From Eledone cirrhosa (taxonomy: Eukaryota), in the NCBI GenBank assembly GCA_964016885.1, contig OZ024744.1, positions 2,356,001-2,420,000 of the forward strand: a stretch of 64,000 nt of DNA, written 5' to 3'. Positions 38,640-52,050 of this stretch are shown one piece after another; the stretch's first letter is position 1; each line of letters begins with the position of its first letter. A model generated the notes under the pieces. The model saw nothing but the letters and a program-made list of their open reading frames with translations, did no database searches and had not been told where the DNA came from. The translations under genes were made by a program, and so were the position numbers.

Positions 38640-41600
38640 GTCTCCCCCAAAAGTTCGTTCTTCACCAAGCTATCTTTCTCTACCTTGTCTTCCCTCAAAA
38701 CTTCGTTCTTCACCAAGCTATCTTTCTCTACCTTGTCTTCCCCCAAAACTTCGTTCCTCACCAAGCTATCTTTCTCTACCTTGTCTTCCCTCAAAACTTC
38801 GTTCTTCACCAAGCTATCTTTCTCTACCTTATCTTCCCTCAACACTTCGTTCTTCATCAAGCTATCTTTCTCTACCTTGTCTTCCCTCAAAACGTCGTTC
38901 TTCACCAAGCTATCTTTCTCTACCTTGTCTTCCCCCAAAACTCCGTTCTTCACCAAGCTATCTTTCTCTACCTTGTCCTCCCCAAAATTTCGTTCTTCAT
39001 CAAGCTATCTTTCTCTACCTTGTCTTCCCTCAAAACGTCGTTCTTCACCAAGCTATCTTTCTCTACACATTCTTCCCTCAAAACTTCGTTCTTCACCAAG
39101 CTATCTTTCTCTACCTTGTCCTCCCCCAAAACTTCGTTCTTCACCAAGCTATCTTTCTCTACCTTGCCTTCCCTCAAAACTTCGTTCTTCATCAAGCTAT
39201 TTTTCTCTACTTTGTCTTCCTTCAAAACGTCGTTCTTCACCAAGCTATCTTTCTCTACCTTGTCTTCCCTCAAAACTTCGGTCGTTCTTCATCAAGCTAT
39301 CTTTCTCTACCTTGTCTTCCCTCAAAACGTCGTTCTTCACCAAGCTATCTTTCTCTACCTTGTCTTCCCCAAAACTTCGTTCTTCACCAAGCTATCTTTC
39401 ACTACTTTGTCTTCACCAACAACTTCGTTCTTCACCAAGCTATCTTTCTCTAGCATGTCTTCCCTCAAAACTTCCTTCTTCACCAAGCTATCTTTCTCTA
39501 TCTTGTCTTCCCCCAACACTTCGTTCTTCATCAAGCTATCTTTCTCTACCTTGTCTTCCCTCAAAACGTCTTTCTTCACCAAGCTATCTTTCTCTACCTT
39601 GTCTTCCCTCAAAACATCGTTCTTCACCAAGCTATATTTCTCTACCTTGTCTTCCCCCAAAACTCCGTTCTTCACCAAGCTATCTTTCTCTACCTTGTCC
39701 TCCCCCAAAACTTCGTTCTTCATCAAGCTATCTTTCTCTACCTTGTCTTCCCTCAAAACGTCGTTCTTCACCAAGCTATCTTTCTCTACCCATTCTTCCC
39801 TCAATACTTCGTTCTTCACCAAGCTATCTTTCTCTACCTTGTCTTCCCCCAAAACTTCGTTCTTCACCAAGCTATCTTTCTCTACCTTGTCTTCCCTCAA
39901 AACTTCGTTCTTCACCAAGCTATCTTTCTCTACCTTGTCTTCCCCCAAAACTTCGTTCCTCACCAAGCTATCTTTCTCTACCTTGTCTTCCGTCAAAACT
40001 TCGTTCTTCACCAAGCTATCTTTCTCTACCTCGTCTTCCCCCAAAACTTCGTTCTTCACCAAGCTATCTTTCTCTACCTTGTCTTCCCTCAAAACGTCGT
40101 TCTTCACCAAGCTATCTTTCTCTAGCATGTCTTCCCTCAAAACTTCCTTCTTCACCAAGCTATCTTTCCCTACCTTGTCTTACCTCAAAACTTCGTTCTT
40201 CACCAAGCTATCTTTCTCTACCTTGTCTTCCCCCCAAAACTTCGTTCTTCACCAAGCTATCTTTCTCTACCTTGTCTTCCTTCAAAACTTCGTTCTTCAC
40301 CAAGCTATCTTTCTCTACCTTGTCTTCCCTCAAAACTCCGTTCTTCATCAAGCTATCTTTCTCTACCTTGACTTCCCCCAAAACTTCGTTCTTCACCAAG
40401 CTATCTTTCACTACCTTGTCTTCACCAACAACTTCGTTCTTCACCAAGCTATCTTTCTCTAGCATGTCTTCCCTCAAAACTTCCTTCTTCACCAAGCTAT
40501 CTTTCTCTATCTTGTCTTCCCCCAACACTTCGTTCTTCATCAAGCTATCTTTCTCTACCTTGTCTTCCCTCAAAACGTCGTTCTTCACCAAGCTATCTTT
40601 CTCTACGTTGTCTTCCCCAAAACTTCGTTCTTCACCAAGCTATCTTTCACTACCTTGTCTTCACCAACAACTTCGTTCTTCACCAAGCTATCTTTCTCTA
40701 GCATGTCTTCCCTTAAAACTTCCTTCTTCACCAAGCTATCTTTCTCTACGTTGTCTTCCCCAAAACTCCGTTCTTCACCAAGCTATCTTTCTCTACCTTG
40801 TCCTCCCCAAAATTTCGTTCTTCATCAAGCTATCTTTCTCTACCTTGTCTTCCCTCAAAACGTCGTTCTTCACCAAGCTATCTTTCTCTACACATTCTTC
40901 CCTCAAAACTTCGTTCTTCACCAAGCTATCTTTCTCTACCTTGTCTTCCCCCAAAACTTCGTTCTTCACCAAGCTATCTTTCTCTACCTTGCCTTCCCTC
41001 AAAACTTCGTTCTTCATCAAGCTATCTTTCTCTACTTTGTCTTCCTTCAAAACGTCGTTCTTCACCAAGCTATCTTTCTCTACCTTGTCTTCCCTCAAAA
41101 CTTCGGTCGTTCTTCATCAAGCTATCTTTCTCTACCTTGTCTTCCCTCAAAACGTCGTTCTTCACCAAGCTATCTTTCTCTACCTTGTCTTCCCCAAAAC
41201 TTCGTTCTTCACCAAGCTATCTTTCACTACCTTGTCTTCACCAACAACTTCGTTCTTCACCAAGCTATCTTTCTCTAGCATGTCTTCCCTCAAAACTTCC
41301 TTCTTCACCAAGCTATCTTTCTCTATCTTGTCTTCCCCCAACACTTCGTTCTTCATCAAGCTATCTTTCTCTACCTTTTCTTCCCTCAAAACGTCTTTCT
41401 TCACCAAGCTATCTTTCTCTACCATGTCTTCCCTCAAAACATCGTTCTTCACCAAGCTATATTTCTCTACCTTGTCTTCCCCCAAAACTCCGTTCTTCAC
41501 CAAGCTATCTTTCTCTACCTTGTCCTCCCCCAAAACTTCGTTCTTCATCAAGCTATCTTTCTCTACCTTGTCTTCCCTCAAAACGTCGTTCTTCACCAAG

Positions 41601-44600
41601 CTATCTTTCTCTACCCATTCTTCCCTCAATACTTCGTTCTTCACCAAGCTATCTTTCTCTACCTTGTCTTCCCCCAAAACTTCGTTCTTCACCAAGCTAT
41701 CTTTCTCTACCTTGTCTTCCCTCAAAACTTCGTTCTTCACCAAGCTATCTTTCTCTACCTTGTCTTCCCCCAAAACTTCGTTCCTCACCAAGCTATCTTT
41801 CTCTACCTTGTCTTCCGTCAAAACTTCGTTCTTCACCAAGCTATCTTTCTCTACCTCGTCTTCCCCCAAAACTTCGTTCTTCACCAAGCTATCTTTCTCT
41901 ACCTTGTCTTCCCCCCAAAACTTCGTTCTTCACCAAGCTATCTTTCTCTACCTTGTCTTCCTTCAAAACTTCGTTCTTCACCAAGCTATCTTTCTCTACC
42001 TTGTCTTCCCTCAAAACTCCGTTCTTCATCAAGCTATCTTTCTCTACCTTGACTTCCCCCAAAACTTCGTTCTTCACCAAGTTATCTTTCACTACCTTGT
42101 CTTCACCAACAACTTCGTTCTTCACCAAGCTATCTTTCTCTAGCATGTCTTCCCTCAAAACTTCCTTCTTCACCAAGCTATCTTTCTCTATCTTGTCTTC
42201 CCCCAACACTTCGTTCTTCATCAAGCTATCTTTCTCTACCTTGTCTTCCCTCAAAACGTCGTTCTTCACCAAGCTATCTTTCTCTACGTTGTCTTCCCCA
42301 AAACTTCGTTCTTCACCAAGCTATCTTTCACTACCTTGTCTTCACCAACAACTTCGTTCTTCACCAAGCTATCTTTCTCTAGCATGTCTTCCCTCAAAAC
42401 TTCCTTCTTCACCAAGCTATCTTTCCCTACCTTGTCTTACCTCAAAACTTCGTTCTTCACCAAGCTATCTTTCTCTACCTTGTCTTCCCCCCAAAACTTC
42501 GTTCTTCACCAAGCTATCTTTCTCTACCTTGTCTTCCTTCAAAACTTCGTTCTTCACCAAGCTATCTTTCTCTACCTTGTCTTCCCTCAAAACTCCGTTC
42601 TTCATCAAGCTATCTTTCTCTACCTTGTCTTCCCCCAAAACTTCGTTCTTCACCAAGCTATCTTTCACTACCTTGTCTTCACCAACAACTTCGTTCTTCA
42701 CCAAGCTATCTTTCTCTAGCATGTCTTCCCTCAAAACTTCCTTCTTCACCAAGCTATCTTTCTCTATCTTGTCTTCCCCCAACACTTCGTTCTTCATCAA
42801 GCTATCTTTCTCTACCTTGTCTTCCCTCAAAACGTCTTTCTTCACCAAGCTATCTTTCTCTACCTTGTCTTCCCTCAAAACTTCGTTCTTCACCAAGCTA
42901 TATTTCTCTACCTTGTCTTCCCCCAAAACTCCGTTCTTCACCAAGCTATCTTTCTCTACCTTGTCTTCCCTCAAAACTTCGTTCTTCACCAAGCTATCTT
43001 TCTTTACCTCGTCTTCCCCCAAAACTTCGTTCTTCACCAAGCTATCTTTCTCTACCTTGTCTTCCCTCAAAACGTCGTTCTTCACCAAGCTATCTTTCTC
43101 TATCTTGTCTTCCCCCAACACTTCGTTCTTCATCAAGCTATCTTTCTCTACCTTGTCTTCCCTCAAAACGTCGTTCTTCACCAAGCTATCTTTCTCTACC
43201 CATTCTTCGCACAAAACTTCGTTCTTCACCAAGCTATCTTTCTCTACCTTGTCTCCCCTCAAAACGTCGTTCTTCACCAAGCTATCTTTCTCTACCCATT
43301 CTTCCCTCAAAACATCGTTCTTCACCAAGCTATCTTTCTCTACCTTGTCTCCCCCAAAAGTTCGTTCTTCACCAAGCTATCTTTCTCTACCTTGTCTTCC
43401 CTCAAAACTTCGTTCTTCACCAAGCTATCTTTCTCTACCTTGTCTTCCCCCAAAACTTCGTTCCTCACCAAGCTATCTTTCTCTACCTTGTCTCCCCTCA
43501 AAACTTCGTTCTTCACCAAGCTATCTTTCTCTACCTTATCTTCCCTCAACACTTCGTTCTTCATCAAGCTATCTTTCTCTACCTTGTCTTCCCTCAAAAC
43601 GTCGTTCTTCACCAAGCTATCTTTCTCTACCTTGTCTTCCCCCAAAACTCCGTTCTTCACCAAGCTATCTTTCTCTACCTTGTCCTCCTCAAAATTTCGT
43701 TCTTCATCAAGCTATCTTTCTCTACCTTGTCTTCCCTCAAAACGTCGTTCTTCACCAAGCTATCTTTCTCTACACATTCTTCCCTCAAAACTTCGTTCTT
43801 CACCAAGCTATCTTTCTCTACCTTGTCTTCCCCCAAAACTTCGTTCTTCACCAAGCTATCTTTCTCTACCTTGCCTTCCCTCAAAACTTCGTTCTTCATC
43901 AAGCTATCTTTCTCTACTTTGTCTTCCTTCAAAACGTCGTTCTTCACCAAGCTATCTTTCTCTACCTTGTTTTCCCTCAAAACTTCGGTCGTTCTTCATC
44001 AAGCTATCTTTCTCTACCTTGTCTTCCCTCAAAACGTCGTTCTTCACCAAGCTATCTTTCTCTACCTTGTCTTCCCCAAAACTTCGTTCTTCACCAAGCT
44101 ATCTTTCACTACCTTGTCTTCACCAACAACTTCGTTCTTCACCAAGCTATCTTTCTCTAGCATGTCTTCCCTCAAAACTTCCTTCTTCACCAAGCTATCT
44201 TTCTCTATCTTGTCTTCCGCCAACACTTCGTTCTTCATCAAGCTATCTTTCTCTACCTTGTCTTACCTCAAAACGTCTTTCTTCACCAAGCTATCTTTCT
44301 CTACCATGTCTTCCCTCAAAACATCGTTCTTCACCAAGCTATATTTCTCTACCTTGTCTTCCCCCAAAACTCCGTTCTTCACCAAGCTATCTTTCTCTAC
44401 CTTGTCCTCCCCCAAAACTTCGTTCTTCATCAAGCTATCTTTCTCTACCTTGTCTTCCCTCAAAACGTCGTTCTTCACCAAGCTATCTTTCTCTACCCAT
44501 TCTTCCCTCAATACTTCGTTCTTCACCAAGCTATCTTTCTCTACCTTGTCTTCCCCCAAAACTTCGTTCTTCACCAAGCTATCTTTCTCTACCTTGTCTT

Positions 44601-44950
44601 CCCTCAAAACTTCGTTCTTCACCAAGCTATCTTTCTCTACCTTGTCTTCCCCCAAAACTTCGTTCCTCACCAAGCTATCTTTCTCTACCTTGTCTTCCGT
44701 CAAAACTTCGTTCTTCACCAAGCTATCTTTCTCTACCTTGTCTTCCCTCAAAACGTCGTTCTTCACCAAGCTATCTTTCTCTAGCATGTCTTCCCTCAAA
44801 ACTTCCTTCTTCACCAAGCTATCTTTCCCTACCTTGTCTTACCTCAAAACTTCGTTCTTCACCAAGCTATCTTTCTCTACCTTGTCTTACCTCAAAACTT
44901 CGTTCTTCACCAAGCTATCTTTCTCTACCTTGTCTTCCCCCCAAAACTTC
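38640..44950. repeat. Satellite subdomain with private variants and its own periodicities (1,825, 1,681, 576 and 4,707 bp)
   Basis: Variants TACACATT (~39064/40889/43771), TCAATAC (~39801/41626/44508), CCGTCAAAA (~39990/41815/44697) and TACGTTG (~40604/40748/42285) were seen only here. ORF offsets: 38968/40793/43675 and 40208/41889/42465. Confidence 0.85.
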
Positions 44951-47900
44951 GTTCTTCACCAAGCTATCTTTCTCTACCTTGTCTTCCCTCAAAACTTCGT
45001 TCTTCATCAAGCTATCTTTCTCTACCTTGTCTTCCCACAAAACTTCGTTCTTCACCAAGCTATCTTTCTCTACCTTGTCTCCCCTCAAAACGTCGTTCTT
45101 CACCAAGCTATGTTTCTCTACCCATTCTTCCCTCAAAACATCGTTCTTCACCAAGCTATCTTTCTCTACCTTGTCTCCCCCAAAAGTTCGTTCTTCACCA
45201 AGCTATCTTTCTCTACCTTATCTTCCCTCAACACTTCGTTCTTCATCAAGCTATCTTTCTCTACCTTGTCTTCCCTCAAAACGTCGTTCTTCACCAAGCT
45301 ATCTTTCTCTACCTTGTCTTCCCCCAACACTTCGTTCTTCATCAAGCTATCTTTCTCTACCTTGTCTTCCCTCAAAACGTCGTTCTTCACCAAGCTATCT
45401 TTCTCTACCTTGTCTTCCCTCAAAACTTCGTTCTTCATCAAGCTAACTTTCTCTACTTTTTCTTCCTTCAAAACGTCGTTCTTGACCAAGCTATCTTTCT
45501 GTACCTTGTCTTCCCTCAAAACTTCGGTCGTTCTTCATCAAGCTATCTTTCTCTACCTTGTCTTCCCTCAAAACGTCGTTCTTCACCAAGCTATCTTTCC
45601 TACCCATTCTTCCCTCAAAACTTCGTTCTTCACCAAGCTATCTTTCTCTACCTTGTCTTCCCCCAAAACTTCGTTCTTCACCAAGCTATCTTTCTCTACC
45701 TTGTCTTCCCTCAAAACTTCGTTCTTCACCAAGCTATCTTTCTCTACCTTGTCTTCCCCCAAAACTTCGTTCTTCACCAAGCTATCTTTCTCTACCTTGC
45801 CTTCCCTCAAAACTTCGTTCTTCATCAAGATATCTTTCTCTACTTTGTCATCCCTCAAAACGTCGTTCTTCACCAAGCTATCTTTCTCTACCTTGTCTTC
45901 CCTCAAAACTTCGTTCGTTCTTCATCAAGCTATCTTTCTCTACCTTGTCTTCCCTCAAAACTTCGTTATTCACCAAGCTATCTTTCTCTACCTTGTCTTC
46001 CCCCAAAACTTCGTTCTTCATCAAGCTATCTTTCTCTACCTTGTCTTCCCTCAAAACGTCGTTCTTCACCAAGCTATCTTTCTCTACCTTGCCTTCCCTC
46101 AAAACGTCGTTCTTCACCAAGCTATCTTTCTCTACCTTGTCTTCCCTCAAAACGTCGTTCTTCACCAAGCTATCTTTCTCTACCCATACTTCCCTCAAAA
46201 CTTCGTTCTTCATCAAGCTATCTTTCTCTACCTTGTCTTCCCACAAAACTTCGTTCTTCACCAAGCTATCTTTCTCTACCTTGTCTCCCCTCAAAACGTC
46301 GTTCTTCACCAAGCTATGTTTCTCTACCCATTCTTCCCTCAAAACATCGTTCTTCACCAAGCTATCTTTCTCTACCTTGTCTCCCCCAAAAGTTCGTTCT
46401 TCACCAAGCTATCTTTCTCTACCTTATCTTCCCTCAACACTTCGTTCTTCATCAAGCTATCTTTCTCTACCTTGTCTTCCCTCAAAACGTCGTTCTTCAC
46501 CAAGCTATCTTTCTCTACCTTATCTTCCCTCAACACTTCGTTCTTCATCAAGCTATCTTTCTCTACCTTGTCTTCCCTCAAAACGTCGTTCTTCACCAAG
46601 CTATCTTTCTCTACCTTGTCTTCCCCCAACACTTCGTTCTTCATCAAGCTATCTTTCTCTACCTTGTCTTCCCTCAAAACGTCGTTCTTCACCAAGCTAT
46701 CTTTCTCTACCTTGTCTTCCCTTAAAACTTCGTTCTCCACCAAGCTATCTTTCTCTACCTTGTCTTCTCCCAAAACTCCGTCCTTCACCAAGCTATCTTT
46801 CTCTACCTTGTCCTCCCCCAAAACTTCGTTCTTCATCAAGCTATCTGTCTCTACCTTGTCTTCCCTCAAAACGTCTTTCTTCACCAAGCTATCTTTCTCT
46901 ACCTTGTCTTCCCTCAAAACTTCGTTCTTCACCAAGCTATCTTTCTCTACCTTGTCTACCCCCAAAACTTCGTTCTTCACCAAGCTATCTTTCTCTACCT
47001 TGTCTTCCCTCAAAACTTCGTTCTTCACCAAGCTATCTTTCTCTACCTTGTCTTCCCTCAAAACGTCGTTCTTCACCAAGCTATCTTTCTCTACCTTGTC
47101 TTCCCCAAAAACTTCGTTCTTCACCAAGCTATTTTTCACTACCTTGTCTTCACCAACAACTTCGTTCTTCACCAAGCTATCTTTCTCTACCTTGTCTTCC
47201 CTCAAAACTTCGTTCTTCATCAAGCTATCTTTGTCTACCTTGTCTTCCCACAAAACGTCGTTCTTCACCAAGCTATCTTTCTCTACCCATTCTTCCCTCA
47301 AAACTTCGTTCTTCACCAAGCTATCTTTCTCTACCTTGTCTTCCCCCAAAACTTCGTTCTTCCCCAAGCTATATTTCTCTACCTTGCCTTCCCTCAAAAC
47401 TTCGTTCTTCATCAAGCTATCTTTCTCTACTTTGTCTTCCCTCAAAACGTCGTTCTTCACCAAGCTATCTTTCTCTACCTTGTCTTCCCTCAAAACTTCG
47501 TTCGTTCTTCATCAAGCTATCTTTCTCTACCTTGTCTTCCCTCAAAACGTCGTTCTTCACCAAGCTATCTTTCTCTACCTTGTCTTCCCCCAAAACTTCG
47601 TTCTTCACCAAGCTATCTTTCACTACCTTGTCTTCACCAACAACTTCGTTCTTCACCAAGCTATCTTTCTCTACCTTGTCTTCCCTCAAAACTTCGTTCT
47701 TCATCAAGCTATCTTTATCTGCCTTGTCTTCCCACAAAACGTCGTTCTTCACCAAGCTATCTTTCTCTACCTTGTCTCCCCTCAAAACGTCGTTCTTCAC
47801 CAAGCTATCTTTCTCTACCCATTCTTCCCTCAAAACTTCGTTCTTCACCAAGCTATCTTTCTCTACCTTGTCTTCCCCCAAAACTTCGTTCTTCACCAAG

Positions 47901-50900
47901 CTATCTTTCTCTACCTTGTCTTCCCTCAAAACTACGTTCTTCACCAAGCTATCTTTCTCTACCTTGTCTTCCCCCAAAACTTCGTTCCTCACCAAGCTAT
48001 CTTTCTCTACCTTGTCTTCCCTCAAAACATCGTTCTTCACCAAGCTATCTTTCTCTACCTCGTCTTCCCCCAAAACTTCGTTCTTCACCAAGCTATCTTT
48101 CTCTACCTTGTCTTCCCTCAAAACGTCGTTCTTCACCAAGCTATCTTTCTCTATCTTGTCTTCCCCCAACACTTCGTTCTTCATCAAGCTATCTTTCTCT
48201 ACCTTGTCTTCCCTCAAAACGTCTTTCTTCACCAAGCTATCTTTCTCTACCTTGTCTTCCCTCAAAACTTCGTTCTTCACCAAGCTATCTTTCTCTACCT
48301 TGTCTTCCCCCAAAACTCCGTTCTTCACCAAGCTATCTTTCTCTACCTTGTCCTCCCCCAAAGTTTCGTTCTTCATGAAGCTATCTTTCTCTACCTTGTC
48401 TTCCCTCAAAACGTCGTTCTTCACCAAGCTATCTTTCTCTACCCATTCTTCCCTCAAAACTTCGTTCTTCACCAAGCTATCTTTCTCTACCTTGTCTTCC
48501 CCTAAAACTTCGTTCTTCACCAAGCTATCTTTCTCTACCTTGCCTTCCCTCAAAACTTCGTTCTTCATCAAGCTATCTTTCTCTACTTTGTCTTCCTTCA
48601 AAACGTCGTTCTTCACCAAGCTATCTTTCTCTACCTTGTCTTCCCTCAAAACTTCGGTCGTTCTTCATCAAGCTATCTTTCTCTACCTTGTCTTCCCTCA
48701 AAACGTCGTTCTTCACCAAGCTATCTTTCTCTACCTTGTCTTCCCCAAAACTTCGTTCTTCACCAAGCTATCTTTCACTATCTTGTCTTCACCAACAACT
48801 TCGTTCTTCACCAAGCTATCTTTCTCTAGCATGTCTTCCCTCAAAACTTCCTTCTTCACCAAGCTATCTTTCCCTACCTTGTCTTACCTCAAAACTTCGT
48901 TCTTCACCAAGCTATCTTTCTCTACCTTGCCTTCCCTCAAAACTTCGTTCTTCATCAAGCTATCTTTCTCTACTTTGTCTTCCTTCAAAACGTCGTTCTT
49001 CACCAAGCTATCTTTCTCTACCTTGTCTTCCCTCAAAACTTCGGTCGTTCTTCATCAAGCTATCTTTCTCTACCTTGTCTTCCCTCAAAACGTCGTTCTT
49101 CACCAAGCTATCTTTCTCTACCTTGTCTTCCCCAAAACTTCGTTCTTCACCAAGCTATCTTTCACTACCTTGTCTTCACCAACAACTTCGTTCTTCACCA
49201 AGCTATCTTTCTCTAGCATGTCTTCTCTCAAAACTTCGTTCTTCACCAAGCTATCTTTCTCTACCTTGTCTTCCCCCAAAACTTCGTTCTTCACCAAGCT
49301 ATCTTTCACTACCTTGTCTTCACCAACAACTTCGTTCTTCACCAAGCTATCTTTCTCTAGCATGTCTTCCCTCAAAACTTCCTTCTTCACCAAGCTATCT
49401 TTCTCTACCTTGTCTTCCCTTAAAACTTCGTTCTTCACCAAGCTATCTTTCTCTACCTTGTCTTCCCCCAAAACTCCGTTCTTCACCAAGCTATCTTTCT
49501 CTACCTTGTCCTCCCCCAAGACTTCGTTCTTCATCAAGCTATCTTTCTCTACCTTGTCTTCCCTCAAAACGTCGTTCTTCACCAAGCTATCTTTCTCTAC
49601 CCATTCTTCCCTCAAAACTTCGTTCTTCACCAAGCTATCTTTCTCTACCTTGTCATTCTCCCAAAACTTCGTTCTTCACCAAGCTATCTTTCTCTACCTT
49701 GCCTTCCCTCAAAACTTCGTTCTTCATCAAGCTAACTTTCTCTACTTTTTCTTCCTTCAAAACGTCGTTCTTCACCAAGCTATCTTTCTGTACCTTGTCT
49801 TCCCTCGAAACTTCGGTCGTTCTTCATCAAGCTATCTTTCTCTACCTTGTCTTCCCTCAAAACGTCGTTCTTCACCAAGCTATCTTGCTCTACCCATTCT
49901 TCCCTCAAAACTTCGTTCTTCACCAAGCTATCTTTCTCTACCTTGTCTTCCCCCAAAACTTCGTTCTTCACCAAGCTATCTTTCTCTACCTTGTCTTCCC
50001 TCAAAACTTCGTTCTTCACCAAGCTATCTTTCTCTACCTTGTCTTCCCCCAAAACTTCGTTCCTCACCAAGCTATCTTTCTCTACCTTGTCTTCCCTCAA
50101 AACTTCGTTCTTCACCAAGCTATCTTTCTTTACCTCGTCTTCCCCCAAAACTTCGTTCTTCACCAAGCTATCTTTCTCTACCTTGTCTTCCCTCAAAACT
50201 TCGTTCTTCATCAAGCTATCTTTATCTACCTTGTCTTCCCACAAAACGTCGTTCTTCACCAAACTATCTTTCTCTACCTTGTCTCCCCTCAAAACGTCGT
50301 TCTTCACCAAGCTATCTTTCTCTACCCATTCTTCCCTCAAAACCTCGTTCTTCACCAAGCTATCTTTCTCTACCTTGTCTTCCCCCAAAACTTCGTTCTT
50401 CACCAAGCTATCTTTCTCTACCTTGTCTTCCCTCAAAACTACGTTCTTCACCAAGCTATCTTTCTCTACCTTGTCTTCCCCCAAAACTTCGTTCCTCACC
50501 AAGCTATCTTTCTCTACCTTGTCTTCCCTCAAAACTTCGTTCTTCACCAAGCTATCTTTCTCTACCTCGTCTTCCCCCAAAACTTCGTTCTTCACCAAGC
50601 TATCTTTCTCTACCTTGTCTTCCCTCAAAACGTCGTTCTTCACCAAGCTATCTTTCTCTATCTTGTCTTCCGCCAACACTTCGTTCTTCATCAAGATATC
50701 TTTCTCTACTTTGTCATCCCTCAAAACGTCGTTCTTCACCAAGCTATCTTTCTCTACCTTGTCTTCCCTCAAAACTTCGTTCGTTCTTCATCAAGCTATC
50801 TTTCTCTACCTTGTCTTCCCTCAAAACTTCGTTATTCACCAAGCTATCTTTCTCTACCTTGTCTTCCCCCAAAACTTCGTTCTTCATCAAGCTATCTTTC

Positions 50901-52050
50901 CTACCTTGTCTTCCCTCAAAACGTCGTTCTTCACCAAGCTATCTTTCTCTACCTTGCCTTCCCTCAAAACGTCGTTCTTCACCAAGCTATCTTTCTCTAC
51001 CTTGTCTTCCCTCAAAACGTCGTTCTTCACCAAGCTATCTTTCTCTACCCATTCTTCCCTCAAAACTTCGTTCTTCACCAAGCTATCTTTCTCTACCTTG
51101 TCTTCCCTCAAAACTTCGTTCTTCATCAAGCTATCTTTCTCTACCTTGTCTTCCCACAAAACTTCGTTCTTCACCAAGCTATCTTTCTCTACCTTGTCTC
51201 CCCTCAAAACGTCGTTCTTCACCAAGCTATGTTTCTCTACCCATTCTTCCCTCAAAACATCGTTCTTCACCAAGCTATCTTTCTCTACCTTGTCTCCCCC
51301 AAAAGTTCGTTCTTCACCAAGCTATCTTTCTCTACCTTATCTTCCCTCAACACTTCGTTCTTCATCAAGCTATCTTTCTCTACCTTGTCTTCCCTCAAAA
51401 CGTCGTTCTTCACCAAGCTATCTTTCTCTACCTCGTCTTCCCCCAACACTTCGTTCTTCATCAAGCTATCTTTCTCTACCTTGTCTTCCCTCAAAACGTC
51501 GTTCTTCACCAAGCTATCTTTCTCTACCTTGTCTTCCCTCAAAACTTCGTTCTTCACCAAGCTATCTTTCTCTACCTTGTCTTCCCCCAAAACTCCGTCC
51601 TTCACCAAGCTATCTTTCTCTACCTTGTCCTCCCCCAAAACTTCGTTCTTCACCAAGCTATCTGTCTCTACCTTGTCTTCCCTCAAAACGTCTTTCTTCA
51701 CCAAGCTATCTTTCTCTACCTTGTCTTCCCTCAAAACTTCGTCCTTCACCAGGCTATCTTTCTCTACCTTGTCTACCCCCAAAACTTCGTTCTTCACCAA
51801 GCTATCTTTCTCTACCTTGTCTTCCCTCAAAACTTCGTTCTTCACCAAGCTATCTTTCTCTACCTTGTCTTCCCTCAAAACGTCGTTCTTCACCAAGCTA
51901 TCTTTCTCTACCTTGTCTTCCCCCAAAACTTCGTTCTTCACCAAGCTATCTTTCACTACCTTGTCTTCACCAACAACTTCGTTCTTCACCAAGCTATCTT
52001 TCTCTACCTTGTCTTCCCTCAAAACTTCGTTCTTCATCAAGCTATCTTTG

